A program made the translations under genes and the position numbers. Below, one piece after another: positions 45,858 through 55,984 of a stretch of 64,000 bases of DNA. Under the pieces are notes generated by a model that searched no databases, was not told the DNA's origin, and was given only the letters and a program-made list of their open reading frames with translations. This DNA is from a virus (taxonomy: Duplodnaviria > Heunggongvirae > Uroviricota > Caudoviricetes), in IMG/VR virus record IMGVR_UViG_3300033072_000187, positions 1 to 64,000 of that record; one strand, written 5' to 3'. Position 1 is the first letter of the stretch, and the number at the start of each line of letters is the position of its first letter.

Positions 45858-46325
45858 TTAAATTTTAATATAGATAGTCTTACCTGCTGAATTTTTACTA
45901 GCTACAAGGTATTCGCATTTAAGATCATCTGGTTTATAACTTACATGAACCCATCCAGAAGCAGGATCATCTCCATTGTGAAATTCCAGAATAAGCTGCT
46001 TAAATTTAAAATTCTTTCTAATAAATTCAACTAAGTCTTTATTAGACATTCCGTGAATTTCAATATCTGCTGCATAGCCTTCACAGTGATCAGAAGTAGA
46101 ACTACCTCCAATAGCTCTATTAAGCGCCTTAGAGCGATAACCAGAGCTAATTGATACAACCCTACCCAGCTTATCTCTAAGAGGTTGTAAGACGTTTAAA
46201 ACAAGGTTTCTGAGGTTGTTTATAACAACATCGCTTGGAGTGTTATCTATACCTTTTCTTATTGCTTCTTGAGACTTGGTAAATTCTGATAAGTAAAAGT
46301 TTTTAGATAGTTGAATGTCTTGCAT
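45858..46325 (-). CDS. endolysin, peptidase M15 family (L-alanyl-D-glutamate peptidase-like)
   Basis: SGYRS...SDHCEGYAADIE zinc-ligand pattern; last gene of the late operon. Confidence 0.8.
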   Translation of the reverse strand: MQDIQLSKNFYLSEFTKSQEAIRKGIDNTPSDVVINNLRNLVLNVLQPLRDKLGRVVSISSGYRSKALNRAIGGSSTSDHCEGYAADIEIHGMSNKDLVEFIRKNFKFKQLILEFHNGDDPASGWVHVSYKPDDLKCEYLVASKNSAGKTIYIKI

Positions 46326-46330
46326 ATCAT

Positions 46331-46813
46331 TTATCCTACCCCGTTATTACTATCTTTTTTCTTTGATCCATAAGAAGAACCTACCCAAAAATTAACTATA
46401 CTCCCTAGAAGTGACGCTGTAAGAAATCCTAGCATTTGATCTACAATTCTTACATTCTCTGGAGGAATATTCATAAAAGTAACAGCCGCAATATAAGCAC
46501 AAGCAAATAGACTCCAGAACATACTCATGTAAGCCACAAATCTCTTACTAAATACATCCTCTTGTTTCAATGCTTCTACTTGCATATTTCTTGCATTAGC
46601 TTTATCTTGTATTTCGCTGGTAATTAGAAATTCCTCATGTTCTTGTGCTTTAGCTTGAATCTCTGCAATCTTCTCTTGAGACATTTCAGGTTCTAGTTTT
46701 ACGCCTAGCTTGTCTTGAACATAATCAAGACCTTTATCTACTACAGCTTCAGCAACTTTAGGTAATTTAGCTTGAACTAAAGATGCTACAATACCTGCAA
46801 TAATTGGTAGCAT
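46331..46813 (-). CDS. holin-like membrane protein (lysis cassette)
   Basis: N-terminal TM, charged helix, two C-terminal TMs; adjacent to the endolysin. Confidence 0.45.
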   Translation of the reverse strand: MLPIIAGIVASLVQAKLPKVAEAVVDKGLDYVQDKLGVKLEPEMSQEKIAEIQAKAQEHEEFLITSEIQDKANARNMQVEALKQEDVFSKRFVAYMSMFWSLFACAYIAAVTFMNIPPENVRIVDQMLGFLTASLLGSIVNFWVGSSYGSKKKDSNNGVG

Positions 46814-47100
46814 ATTGACACCCCATCAAAATAGAAAAATAAACTTACAAGCACAGGTAAGATTAGGTTCCAAAAGAAACTATGAAAATCCCAAACTTTA
46901 GGTAATAAAGAACCATACCAAGGGAGGTTAGCTCTTAATCCTTTACCATATTGCTCGATATATCTATATTCAGCTTGCGCTAATTCTCTTCCTAAGAAAA
47001 AGAATAAAGGGGTTAAATAAACCCCTGTACTCAGATTTAAGAAGAAAACAACTAGGCAAGTACAGAATGTAATTATAAAATGCTCTAGTTGGTATAACAT
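46786..47100 (-). CDS. membrane protein (holin/antiholin-like)
   Basis: Two or three hydrophobic helices. Confidence 0.4.
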   Translation of the reverse strand: MLYQLEHFIITFCTCLVVFFLNLSTGVYLTPLFFFLGRELAQAEYRYIEQYGKGLRANLPWYGSLLPKVWDFHSFFWNLILPVLVSLFFYFDGVSICYQLLQVL

Positions 47101-47102
47101 GA

Positions 47103-47792
47103 TTAAATACTCAAAGGAGGGAGGTTAGATAATAATTGTTCTAAAGTAGGCTCTTCTACTTCTGCTTTCTCTACTTTATCGAGTAGTTCATAGCAATACG
47201 CCCATACCATAGACCTCCAAGCCCTGAATGCTTTCCCTTCTGCTTGGAACTTTACTACAGTAGGTTCATCGGCATAAGTTACAGCAGTTTTTAAGTCGTC
47301 ATAACCCATGTCTCTAGCTTTTGAATCCATAAAGAATTGTATAGCTGAAGTAAGCTGTTTCTTTTTCTCTTCAAAAGAAGGTGGCGGAGGATCAACAGTA
47401 ACAGGCAACCCGTTTTGGTCCGACTTGATGATTTTCCCTTCCGCTTCAGCGACAAGCAGCGACATGTGTAACTCTTCACTGACTTCTACAGCATCCGGCG
47501 GAATCATGCAGTCAGGGTTGTCAATTTCAATGGTCGGTTGCGTAGCTGTTTTGTCACGCACGACGACATCAATGACCACTATTTCAATCTCGTCAATCTC
47601 GTCAGTATCGTCAGGAGTAAAAGTAGTGTGCTCGTTCCTAACTAGCTCACCACTTGCTGACCACACAGCCTCGCCAGGCATTAATTTGATCGTCTTCGTA
47701 GGACAGACCCACTCCGGGTCAGGGATAGTCAATTTTTTAGTTCCGTGGGATGCTTCGCTGTAAAAAACGCCGTCTTTGTAATATGTTTTCAT
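47103..47792 (-). CDS. hypothetical tail-fiber-associated protein
   Basis: Position between tail fiber and lysis genes; ATGA overlap. Confidence 0.4.
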   Translation of the reverse strand: MKTYYKDGVFYSEASHGTKKLTIPDPEWVCPTKTIKLMPGEAVWSASGELVRNEHTTFTPDDTDEIDEIEIVVIDVVVRDKTATQPTIEIDNPDCMIPPDAVEVSEELHMSLLVAEAEGKIIKSDQNGLPVTVDPPPPSFEEKKKQLTSAIQFFMDSKARDMGYDDLKTAVTYADEPTVVKFQAEGKAFRAWRSMVWAYCYELLDKVEKAEVEEPTLEQLLSNLPPLSI

Positions 47793-49651
47793 TTTCCGAG
47801 AGCCCTCCAGTAGAAGCTAGTATTTACGTTGTTTCCTGTCTGCGACCAAGGGAACGATCCGAGAGAAGGTGTGCCGTTAACTTGCACCGGCCAATAGTCG
47901 CTCGATGGGGTTTTTCGCGTAATCTGGATGTTCCAGATTGCACTTGGGAATGAGGTCGGTAACGTGACAGTGCCTGAACCTGCTCCGGGGTTATCGACGT
48001 AACCCCATTGCTCTATCGTCCCGTCCGGCAGTTTTCTCCAGCCTATAGGCGACTTAACCCCGGCATAAAAGTTTGCAAAGTCAAATGCTGAAAACTTTAC
48101 GTTGCTTGACCCATCGTAAACAACAAGGTTTCCGTCGGACTGCATAGACAGACTGTAGGCATTGCTTGGGCCGTATAAAAACTGTCGGTCATTGCCTGCT
48201 GCGCCGAATACGGCTGCCCCGTTAACAAGTAATTGCAGCAGACCTTCGACAGGGTTGAACATCCCTGTGTCGCTGTCACCTACAAAAACATACCCGCAAT
48301 TATTAGTATTATTGACACTACCATTCCCTGACTTAGCATATACAGCACCATTATATGCGTGTATAGAAGCATCGCCATGAATACCTAATGCAGAGATTCT
48401 TCTGTCAGAAGTTCTTGCTCCAGATGGGGTTACTGTAAATACTTGTGATAATGAACCATCTGTATTGACAGAACAAGAACTACCCCCCAAGGGTATTGCG
48501 TTTTCATTATATACATCATCTGATACTGTTTTTTGTACTGAAGTCCCTGCATTAGCTAGTTTTACACCCTTGCTAACGGAACTTCCTGATGGGGTAAGTG
48601 TCATATATTCATAGATACTATCTGTACAGCTACCAGAAATCGTCCCCAGACTATTTAATGCTCTTTTTACACTACCACCGGTGTACAGGTGTAAAGAATC
48701 ACCGATAATAGATATAGTATTCCCTACCGTTAACCAAGCATTTGAATTACTACCAGACCTTTTATCAATAACGAGGCTTGCGTCTGTACTGCGTAAACCA
48801 AACTGATCATTATTTCCAAAAACGTAACCTTGATTTGTTTGATTACCTATATAAATATCTACTTCTGCACTAGTATTTCCTTGAGTGCCAGTACCTAATT
48901 CTAGATTCCAGTTAACAGGGTTAAACCTAGCTCTCTCAATACCATTTGTAGCAACTGAAATGTACCCGTCACTTAATTGCCCTATACCGGAATCTGAATC
49001 TCCTATAGCTACAAACCTATTAAAACCAGATGGTTTTGAAACAGAAGTACCTACACCAATATCCGAGACTGTTTCCATTACGGAGTCATTCTTGATTTTT
49101 AAAGCATCTACTCTGTTACCTACTTGCAGCTTTATACCATCCGTTCCATTTAAAGCACTTAGAATAAGTCCTTTGTTTGCGTAAGACTCAACAACACCAA
49201 AACTTGCCTGAGAAGGTACACTGGTGAAGGTGCTTGGGGCATAGAAAACATCTAAACCTTTTGAAGTATCGCTACCTTGAGTAGAGATAACACGAAGTCT
49301 TGAACTACCTGTAGGGTTTGTATTAATTACGTCTAAGGTAGGACTTGCATTAGACGCGGATGTAAAAGTAGTGCCTGCATCTTTTATTGTATTCATTGCC
49401 CCTAAAATGTACTGAGTAGATAAATCTACCCAACTTCCAGAGTTGTATTTTTCAAACTTATAGCTAATAGAATTCCATCTTTTATAACCGTTACTTGGAT
49501 TAGTAACGGTAGTTACAGATGGGTCATTGAGCATTGCTAAGTCATCCATCCTAGCATCAAGCTCTGATGTATAATTTGCATAAGTGCTAGTTATTGTCGG
49601 CTTATTGTGATCTGCCATAATACTTCCTTTAAAGAAAGGGCTATGTTTCAA
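47789..49651 (-). CDS. tail fiber / receptor-binding protein with a C-terminal bulb-lectin-like motif
   Basis: Ser/Thr/Gly-rich beta-type sequence; C-terminal QSDGNLVVY matches QxDxNxVxY. Confidence 0.55.
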   Translation of the reverse strand: MKHSPFFKGSIMADHNKPTITSTYANYTSELDARMDDLAMLNDPSVTTVTNPSNGYKRWNSISYKFEKYNSGSWVDLSTQYILGAMNTIKDAGTTFTSASNASPTLDVINTNPTGSSRLRVISTQGSDTSKGLDVFYAPSTFTSVPSQASFGVVESYANKGLILSALNGTDGIKLQVGNRVDALKIKNDSVMETVSDIGVGTSVSKPSGFNRFVAIGDSDSGIGQLSDGYISVATNGIERARFNPVNWNLELGTGTQGNTSAEVDIYIGNQTNQGYVFGNNDQFGLRSTDASLVIDKRSGSNSNAWLTVGNTISIIGDSLHLYTGGSVKRALNSLGTISGSCTDSIYEYMTLTPSGSSVSKGVKLANAGTSVQKTVSDDVYNENAIPLGGSSCSVNTDGSLSQVFTVTPSGARTSDRRISALGIHGDASIHAYNGAVYAKSGNGSVNNTNNCGYVFVGDSDTGMFNPVEGLLQLLVNGAAVFGAAGNDRQFLYGPSNAYSLSMQSDGNLVVYDGSSNVKFSAFDFANFYAGVKSPIGWRKLPDGTIEQWGYVDNPGAGSGTVTLPTSFPSAIWNIQITRKTPSSDYWPVQVNGTPSLGSFPWSQTGNNVNTSFYWRALGK

Positions 49652-49663
49652 GCCCTTTATAAA

Positions 49664-52600
49664 TTAATAACCCCTTACAGTAGTCGCTAAACTGCATGTG
49701 ACTCTATTGCCGTTATGATCAAAAGCATAGGCTTTAAATCCTTGCCAATACATCGAAACATTACCACTTGTGTTAGTACTATTTACACTACAAGTGAAAG
49801 TATTTGTTGTTGAAGATATAACTGTAACTTGCCGGCTTGTAACCCCACCACTTGTAAAGTTAAGACGTATATTTTGACCTGCGGTTAATCCATGCGAGTT
49901 ACAAGTAACAGTACAAAGATTTGATATAATAGTATATGTTCCTGATAGAACACTATCTTTAAAATCATATACCGCAATAACCGGGGATGTACTTAGAGGA
50001 GTTAAAGATATACTTTCAACGTCAATAAACTCTTTATTAAAATTAAAAACAGTTCCGTTTGTATCAGACAAATTACTTGTCAAGGTAAAACTATCTGTTT
50101 TTTGCTTTGCATCACACCTAATACTGAGATAATTCAAAGAGTACAACGAAGTGTTATTACCCGAAACATTAATCATAGCTCTCACATATCTGAAATTAAC
50201 AGCATAAGTTTCTAATGTACCGGGATACCATGTCCAAGTATTTCCGTCACTACTTACTTCAATATCACATACTAAACTAGGATTTCCAGATACAGCATTT
50301 CCTTGATAATCTATTGTAATTTTTGAACTACCTATAACAGTACCGAAATCAAATGTTTCGGTGTAATATCCATTAAGAAAAGCAGGTTGAATAAATATAG
50401 GAAATCCTGCATTTACCTGCTCTTGTGGAGTTACCCAAGAATTATTGTCAAAGTGCTGTTGTTGTGTTTCGGTAGTATTTACTGGAAGGATTAAAGATCC
50501 TTGTGAAACTACTGCATTAATTAAAGTACCAGTGAAAGAACTAACAAAAGACCCTTTAAACACAAAATCGGGGGGTTCAGAAACAGAAGCAGCTACGCTT
50601 ACTGGATCGCTTTCTTGTCCATCACTGTCTACAGAAGATAACCAATAAGTGAATTTTCCTCCTTGTAGTTCGTCGATAGTAGTAAATGCACCAGACTTAC
50701 TACCAATTTCTGTACTTGATAAGTATATCTCACCTTTTCTTATTTTTACACTAACAATAGGTAAAGTGGTTTTGACCGCATTAGTCCAAAATAGCATCAC
50801 GGTATTATCAATAACCTGCGCTCTTACATTAGTAGGAGGATTAGGTTTTTGTTTTAAAACAGATATACTGATACCGCTAGATTTGAGTCCTAAATTATCT
50901 ACTGTTTTTACTGTAAATGTTTTAGTAGATAACCAGTTTGCAGGTAATGTTAATGTACTGGCACTTACAAACTTACTAGTGTTGTCATAAGAAATTTCAT
51001 ACCCTTTTGTTCCAAATGTTGTTTCAACATCATCCCAATCAAGTATGATACTTGCAGTTGTTGTACTAGAGTCATGCCAAGAATAAGTTAGTGCGGTTGG
51101 GTTTTGGATATTACTATAGTTGAAGGATACTTTAGAAGCATTTGCTGAATATACCCCATCTGCTGTAATAGCTTTAATATAGTAGTCATTATTACCTTGT
51201 GACGGTGTAACTATTGCAGATGTATTCCTACCATAATAAATTCCACCAGAACTACCCCATCCTGAATCTACAGTTCTAATCTCATAAGCTACAATATCAT
51301 TTTCAGGGGAATTATTCCAATAAATACTGAGACCACCAAAACTAGGAGATACTCTTGCTCCAAGAACATCTGCTGGAGGTCTAGTTCTACCTGTGACTAC
51401 AGTGGAATATTCATTAGTCCAAGAGGACGTTCTACCTGTAGAATCTACATACCTGAGTCTATACACATAAGTATCACCTTTGGTCCTACCATCAAACAAT
51501 ACGGTTTTATCAGTCAGATTCACTACTTTACTTTCTAACCAATCTATAGTATTGTCCCCGAACCAGTCCAACTGTACTTCAACAGATGTTACATTCTTAG
51601 GTAAGTTAGATGGATTATTCCAACTAATTCTTACTCCATAATCTACACCACCACCAGAAGTAACTGTCATTGCTGACTCGTCGGTAAGTGCTGTAACATT
51701 TTGAGGAGTTGCTTGAATAGTATTAATATTTAAACCAGCAGGTAATGTTACCTTAGAGTTAAATTCTGGAATAGTCTCAATATCACTATCATATACTTCA
51801 GGAGAATAATCCACTAAAGTAAGTCTAGCTGTGAGATCAGCATTCGTTTCAATACCTAGTACAATTAAATCAACAGACTCTTGATTTATCTCTCCAAATA
51901 GTATTAGATTATTAGCTAACCCTTCATTTACCCCTAACGGGGTAGTTAAATCAATAAGGTTATAATAACCATCAGACAACTTGGATTGGACTGTTCTTAC
52001 AATACTACTTCCATCATCATTGCGAATCCTGACAGTGTATTGTTTTCCAGCTTGCATAGGAATATCTTCGTCTAGTTGTAATTGCGTACTAGATAATTTA
52101 TTTCCTACTCTACACGAAGCAATACCAAACATAGGTACGTCATGCACGACTTTTACCAAATCACCTCTATTACAAACTAAATGCTCTAAGTCGGCATTAA
52201 TTGTATATGTTTCAGGTCTTAGTTTAATCTGCGCTAAATGAAATCTTGCATGTTTATAAACAAGTGCAGGTTCAGTAACACCGGGAAGCGACATGCCTTC
52301 AAATAATGAAGCATTATTAGCGTTATATCCATCATTATGAACGATATATTCATCTGGTTGAAAACCTTTCTCTTCATTTATAAATGTTACCCTAAACGCA
52401 TGAGGTAGTTTGGGAAGAGACTTACTCCCTTCAAACCCCCAAGAGTTATGAGGCGTAAAATGCTGAGTAATAGTTGTTCTAGGTTTATCCTGAATTACAG
52501 TATATTTACCATCGATTCTACTAGGACTAGCTCTACCCGCAGCAGCAATATCCTTCAATACTTCTGTTAAAGATTGTTGCTCAGTTAATACGCTATTGTA

Positions 52601-55048
52601 AGTAAAACCATTTAATCTACAAGTATTATGCCAATCTTTTAGAGTGACTAAATCTATTGCAGAATCAGCTAAGGCTTTACTATTAGCAGGGTGTTGTAAA
52701 ACATATCTAAACAAAGAAGCAGGGTTACTGGTTGCTCTATCTACCCAAGTATCTGTAGTATAATCATAATCTTTACAAATACTTTGAACAGTACCAGTAA
52801 AACCATCTACATTACCATTGATCTGATTAGTAGCTCTAATCCGAATAGCAGACATAGCCAAAGGTTTATCAAAAGCAATAGGTTTAGTATTCCTATAACC
52901 TGTCAATGCTCCAAAGGTAACAGAATCTGCGTTATAGTCACCAGAATTATACTTAGTATTTCTAACTCTTACTTCATACTTTCCTCTAGGTACATTATAT
53001 TTTACAGTATTAACAAAAGGGGATAAAGCTTTCTTAGTTAAGAATACTTCCCCGTTGGCTCTGCTAATAGAACCTCCGTTCACTGAAACTAACAACCCTG
53101 AGTTATTGATAATAAAACCAGAGTATACTTCTTGGGTACTTACAACAAAATCTCTTGAAACTAAAATTTTAGCTAAAACAATATCCTCTGGATAAACATT
53201 TGGTTTAACATTATAACTAGTAGATAAAGCGTATGTGCTTTTACTAAGGTATCTAACTTCTGTACTTATCGTAGTGTTATAATTTGAACTTGCTGAACCT
53301 ACCCTTGTAAAAACATTACCATCTTTATCGATAAGAAGATAAACCCACTGATACATTTGAACAGGAGCTGTATGTCCAAGTCCCTCTGCATACAAATCTG
53401 GTACTGGCCTAAGATTAGTAGTAAATGCTGATATAGTAGTATTTGCATTTAACCAGTTACTTGACCCAATTTGTCTATAAGCTACCGACAAAGAACTACT
53501 TAAAGAAGATTTCTGTCCTGATCCTGCATCAGTTTTATATAGACCTTGAGGATATTCAAAAGATAAAGTAAGTTCATCCACTTCTTCATCTAAAGTTCTT
53601 ACAACCCAAGACGTAGCTACGGCTGTAGTGCAGTTAATACTTCCATTTGTGCCTGTATTACTGAAAGTAAAGGAATATTCAGAAACTGTTAAAATCTCTC
53701 CACTAACCTTAAGCGTACTGTTATCATACAAATCAACATGCTGCCCAATAAGAAAACCATGAGGTTGTTCTGAAGTCTTAGTATTTACTGTAACTACGTT
53801 AGAAGTTCTAACAGCGGTATCAACAACAGCTTTATTATTATTTAAAGCTACACCTACTTGTTGTTGTTCAACATCTTTACCGTATAAAGTATCAAATCTT
53901 GTTCTGTTATCAGTAGAATAACCATTTAAGGTTTCAATCTCTACATTATAGTAGTTATCAAGAGACTCGTCACCAATTCTAATATCAGATATAGCTAAAG
54001 GGCCATAACCCCAACACAATACAGTTCTAAGATAAGAAGTTGTATCTTGGGCTTCATAGTATGTCTCAATAGCTGTAGGCGGTGTATAACGCATTCTGCC
54101 TAGTACTACAGGGATAGCTCCATACTTATTAGATTGATTACTACCCCCTTGCAAGAACCAGCTAGCCTTACCTGTTTCATTACTATAAGTATTTGCTTTT
54201 GGAGGTCTAGTTGGGAATATAGAATTTAGGAGCATTGCTCCTGCAATATTGATACCTATTGTAGTAGCATAACCTATTGCGGTTAGTGCACCTACTGTAC
54301 CCATTGCTATGCCAGTAGCACCCCCAATAGCAACAGCAGCATAAGGGGCAGCGACAGCTAAAGCAATTAACGCAGCTATTTTAAGGAAGCCGCCACCACC
54401 ACCTTGCATTACTGCTCTATACTCTATTCGTTGTGCATTTTGCACAACATAAGTATCCCATTCCGATTGGGGAATGAGTTTTGAATCTACATAAATAACA
54501 GCAGTACTAGGTAATTCTGAAGCCTCTTTTTCTTTCAATTCTTGATGAATTTCAGCAAGAGTCTTTCCAGCTTGAACTACTGCATCAATACGTTTTGTTC
54601 TTAAAGGGTGAGATAAACCAACAAGATTGGCTCCAGTATCTTTGCTGTATCTATAGATACCTTCTATGCGTTTTTTCCACTTAATAGAGTCAAGGCGTTC
54701 TACTCTTACGTCTTGATTTTCATAAGCATGAAGGAAATACCCCGGTTTTGTTATAATACCAACGTGAGTACTTTCACCTAGAACATTGAACACAACTACA
54801 TCCCCTGCTTGTTCAACAGCCACAGGAGTCCAATATTCTTTAGCAATACTAATAACTTCAGATTGCTTGTCTTTTGTATCTACTTCAGTAAAAGAAGGAA
54901 GATCAATACCAAATTGATCTTTATGTACAAGACGGACTAATCCCCAACAATCAAGACCGTCCCTACCCCTACCGGAGTATTTATAAGGGATACCAACATA
55001 ACAGCTCTCCCAATCTTTATTTTGTAAAATAGTTCTGTCTTGTAGCAT
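49664..55048 (-). CDS. tail tip / central fiber protein (lambda K-I-J-like fusion, 1794 aa)
   Basis: N-terminal NlpC/P60 (DCWGLV...STHVGII), Gly/Ala hydrophobic segment, long FN3-like repeats. Confidence 0.7.
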   Translation of the reverse strand: MLQDRTILQNKDWESCYVGIPYKYSGRGRDGLDCWGLVRLVHKDQFGIDLPSFTEVDTKDKQSEVISIAKEYWTPVAVEQAGDVVVFNVLGESTHVGIITKPGYFLHAYENQDVRVERLDSIKWKKRIEGIYRYSKDTGANLVGLSHPLRTKRIDAVVQAGKTLAEIHQELKEKEASELPSTAVIYVDSKLIPQSEWDTYVVQNAQRIEYRAVMQGGGGGFLKIAALIALAVAAPYAAVAIGGATGIAMGTVGALTAIGYATTIGINIAGAMLLNSIFPTRPPKANTYSNETGKASWFLQGGSNQSNKYGAIPVVLGRMRYTPPTAIETYYEAQDTTSYLRTVLCWGYGPLAISDIRIGDESLDNYYNVEIETLNGYSTDNRTRFDTLYGKDVEQQQVGVALNNNKAVVDTAVRTSNVVTVNTKTSEQPHGFLIGQHVDLYDNSTLKVSGEILTVSEYSFTFSNTGTNGSINCTTAVATSWVVRTLDEEVDELTLSFEYPQGLYKTDAGSGQKSSLSSSLSVAYRQIGSSNWLNANTTISAFTTNLRPVPDLYAEGLGHTAPVQMYQWVYLLIDKDGNVFTRVGSASSNYNTTISTEVRYLSKSTYALSTSYNVKPNVYPEDIVLAKILVSRDFVVSTQEVYSGFIINNSGLLVSVNGGSISRANGEVFLTKKALSPFVNTVKYNVPRGKYEVRVRNTKYNSGDYNADSVTFGALTGYRNTKPIAFDKPLAMSAIRIRATNQINGNVDGFTGTVQSICKDYDYTTDTWVDRATSNPASLFRYVLQHPANSKALADSAIDLVTLKDWHNTCRLNGFTYNSVLTEQQSLTEVLKDIAAAGRASPSRIDGKYTVIQDKPRTTITQHFTPHNSWGFEGSKSLPKLPHAFRVTFINEEKGFQPDEYIVHNDGYNANNASLFEGMSLPGVTEPALVYKHARFHLAQIKLRPETYTINADLEHLVCNRGDLVKVVHDVPMFGIASCRVGNKLSSTQLQLDEDIPMQAGKQYTVRIRNDDGSSIVRTVQSKLSDGYYNLIDLTTPLGVNEGLANNLILFGEINQESVDLIVLGIETNADLTARLTLVDYSPEVYDSDIETIPEFNSKVTLPAGLNINTIQATPQNVTALTDESAMTVTSGGGVDYGVRISWNNPSNLPKNVTSVEVQLDWFGDNTIDWLESKVVNLTDKTVLFDGRTKGDTYVYRLRYVDSTGRTSSWTNEYSTVVTGRTRPPADVLGARVSPSFGGLSIYWNNSPENDIVAYEIRTVDSGWGSSGGIYYGRNTSAIVTPSQGNNDYYIKAITADGVYSANASKVSFNYSNIQNPTALTYSWHDSSTTTASIILDWDDVETTFGTKGYEISYDNTSKFVSASTLTLPANWLSTKTFTVKTVDNLGLKSSGISISVLKQKPNPPTNVRAQVIDNTVMLFWTNAVKTTLPIVSVKIRKGEIYLSSTEIGSKSGAFTTIDELQGGKFTYWLSSVDSDGQESDPVSVAASVSEPPDFVFKGSFVSSFTGTLINAVVSQGSLILPVNTTETQQQHFDNNSWVTPQEQVNAGFPIFIQPAFLNGYYTETFDFGTVIGSSKITIDYQGNAVSGNPSLVCDIEVSSDGNTWTWYPGTLETYAVNFRYVRAMINVSGNNTSLYSLNYLSIRCDAKQKTDSFTLTSNLSDTNGTVFNFNKEFIDVESISLTPLSTSPVIAVYDFKDSVLSGTYTIISNLCTVTCNSHGLTAGQNIRLNFTSGGVTSRQVTVISSTTNTFTCSVNSTNTSGNVSMYWQGFKAYAFDHNGNRVTCSLATTVRGY

Positions 55049-55072
55049 AAAATCCCTTTAGAATTATCTTTA

Positions 55073-55585
55073 TTAGAATAACCCCGGAAAATAATTAGGG
55101 GTAAAAGTCCCCGAAGGGAAAGGTTCTATATCAAAAGATTCTAGTGTTAAATCTCCTGTTATAGTTTCTGCGTTATAATTAATATTAGCCAAAAGCAATT
55201 CCCCATAATCTATCTCTACAATATTTGGACTGCTTCTAAGAACAAGCTCAATTTTTACTATAGCATTAGTGCTTAGTTGTCTGACAATAGGAAGTAGCTG
55301 TCTAGTAGGATCGTATAAAGTAAGTCTAGCTCTGGTTGTTGATTCATCTTCTTGAGGCAAGCTAATATCAAAAGGAACAAAAGTATAATCATTCCCTCTT
55401 GATTTCAATCCATAAGTAATTTCTTCATCTGTCTCTTGTAGACGTTGTATATAATCACTGGCTATTCTTATAGTACCCTCAATATTACTTCCATAAATAG
55501 ATAATAAACAAATTAAGCTATCATCTGTATCTGTACTGAACATTGCTTTAATTGCAGCAGGAGATAATCTCGATAAACGACTCAT
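55073..55585 (-). CDS. minor tail protein (lambda L-like by position)
   Basis: Synteny only. Confidence 0.4.
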   Translation of the reverse strand: MSRLSRLSPAAIKAMFSTDTDDSLICLLSIYGSNIEGTIRIASDYIQRLQETDEEITYGLKSRGNDYTFVPFDISLPQEDESTTRARLTLYDPTRQLLPIVRQLSTNAIVKIELVLRSSPNIVEIDYGELLLANINYNAETITGDLTLESFDIEPFPSGTFTPNYFPGLF

Positions 55586-55944
55586 GGCATAATCTCTAAC
55601 TGAAATTGTACTGAATATAGATTATATTGAATATAACTGTAAGAATACAAATCACCTTCACCTTGCGGAACGATTCTTACTTCAATACTATTACCACTTA
55701 TAGGATGTACAGTAGTAAATCTTAAAACACCCAATAACGTATTATTAACAAAAGTCTCAAAGGTATTTAATTGAGATATTGTCATTTCATAAGTTACATT
55801 TAAAACAATAGGTTTTTTCCCTCTTCTTCTTTGCTTTGGAACACCTTTATCCATTGGGGTTCTTACAATCAAAGCTCCACCACTACCTGAAAAGTTAGTA
55901 GTAGGTCTTTGAGGCAAAGTAGGAGGCCATGTAGGAATTGGCAT
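55582..55944 (-). CDS. minor tail protein (lambda M-like by position)
   Basis: Synteny; immediately after the tape measure gene. Confidence 0.4.
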   Translation of the reverse strand: MPIPTWPPTLPQRPTTNFSGSGGALIVRTPMDKGVPKQRRRGKKPIVLNVTYEMTISQLNTFETFVNNTLLGVLRFTTVHPISGNSIEVRIVPQGEGDLYSYSYIQYNLYSVQFQLEIMP

Positions 55945-55984
55945 AACATTCTCCTAATAGGAAGGGATTGCTCCCTTCCGTTTA

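Noticed and set aside
47308-47763. Antisense ORFs inside strongly supported genes (e.g. 47308-47763 +, 48162-48380 +, 48885-49184 +, 50445-50990 +, 34255-35106 -, 40484-41098 -, 30379-30732 -, 16322-16691 +)
   Set aside because: They lie opposite genes with clear motif support, lack ribosome-binding sites, and have low-complexity composition. They are treated as spurious shadow ORFs.
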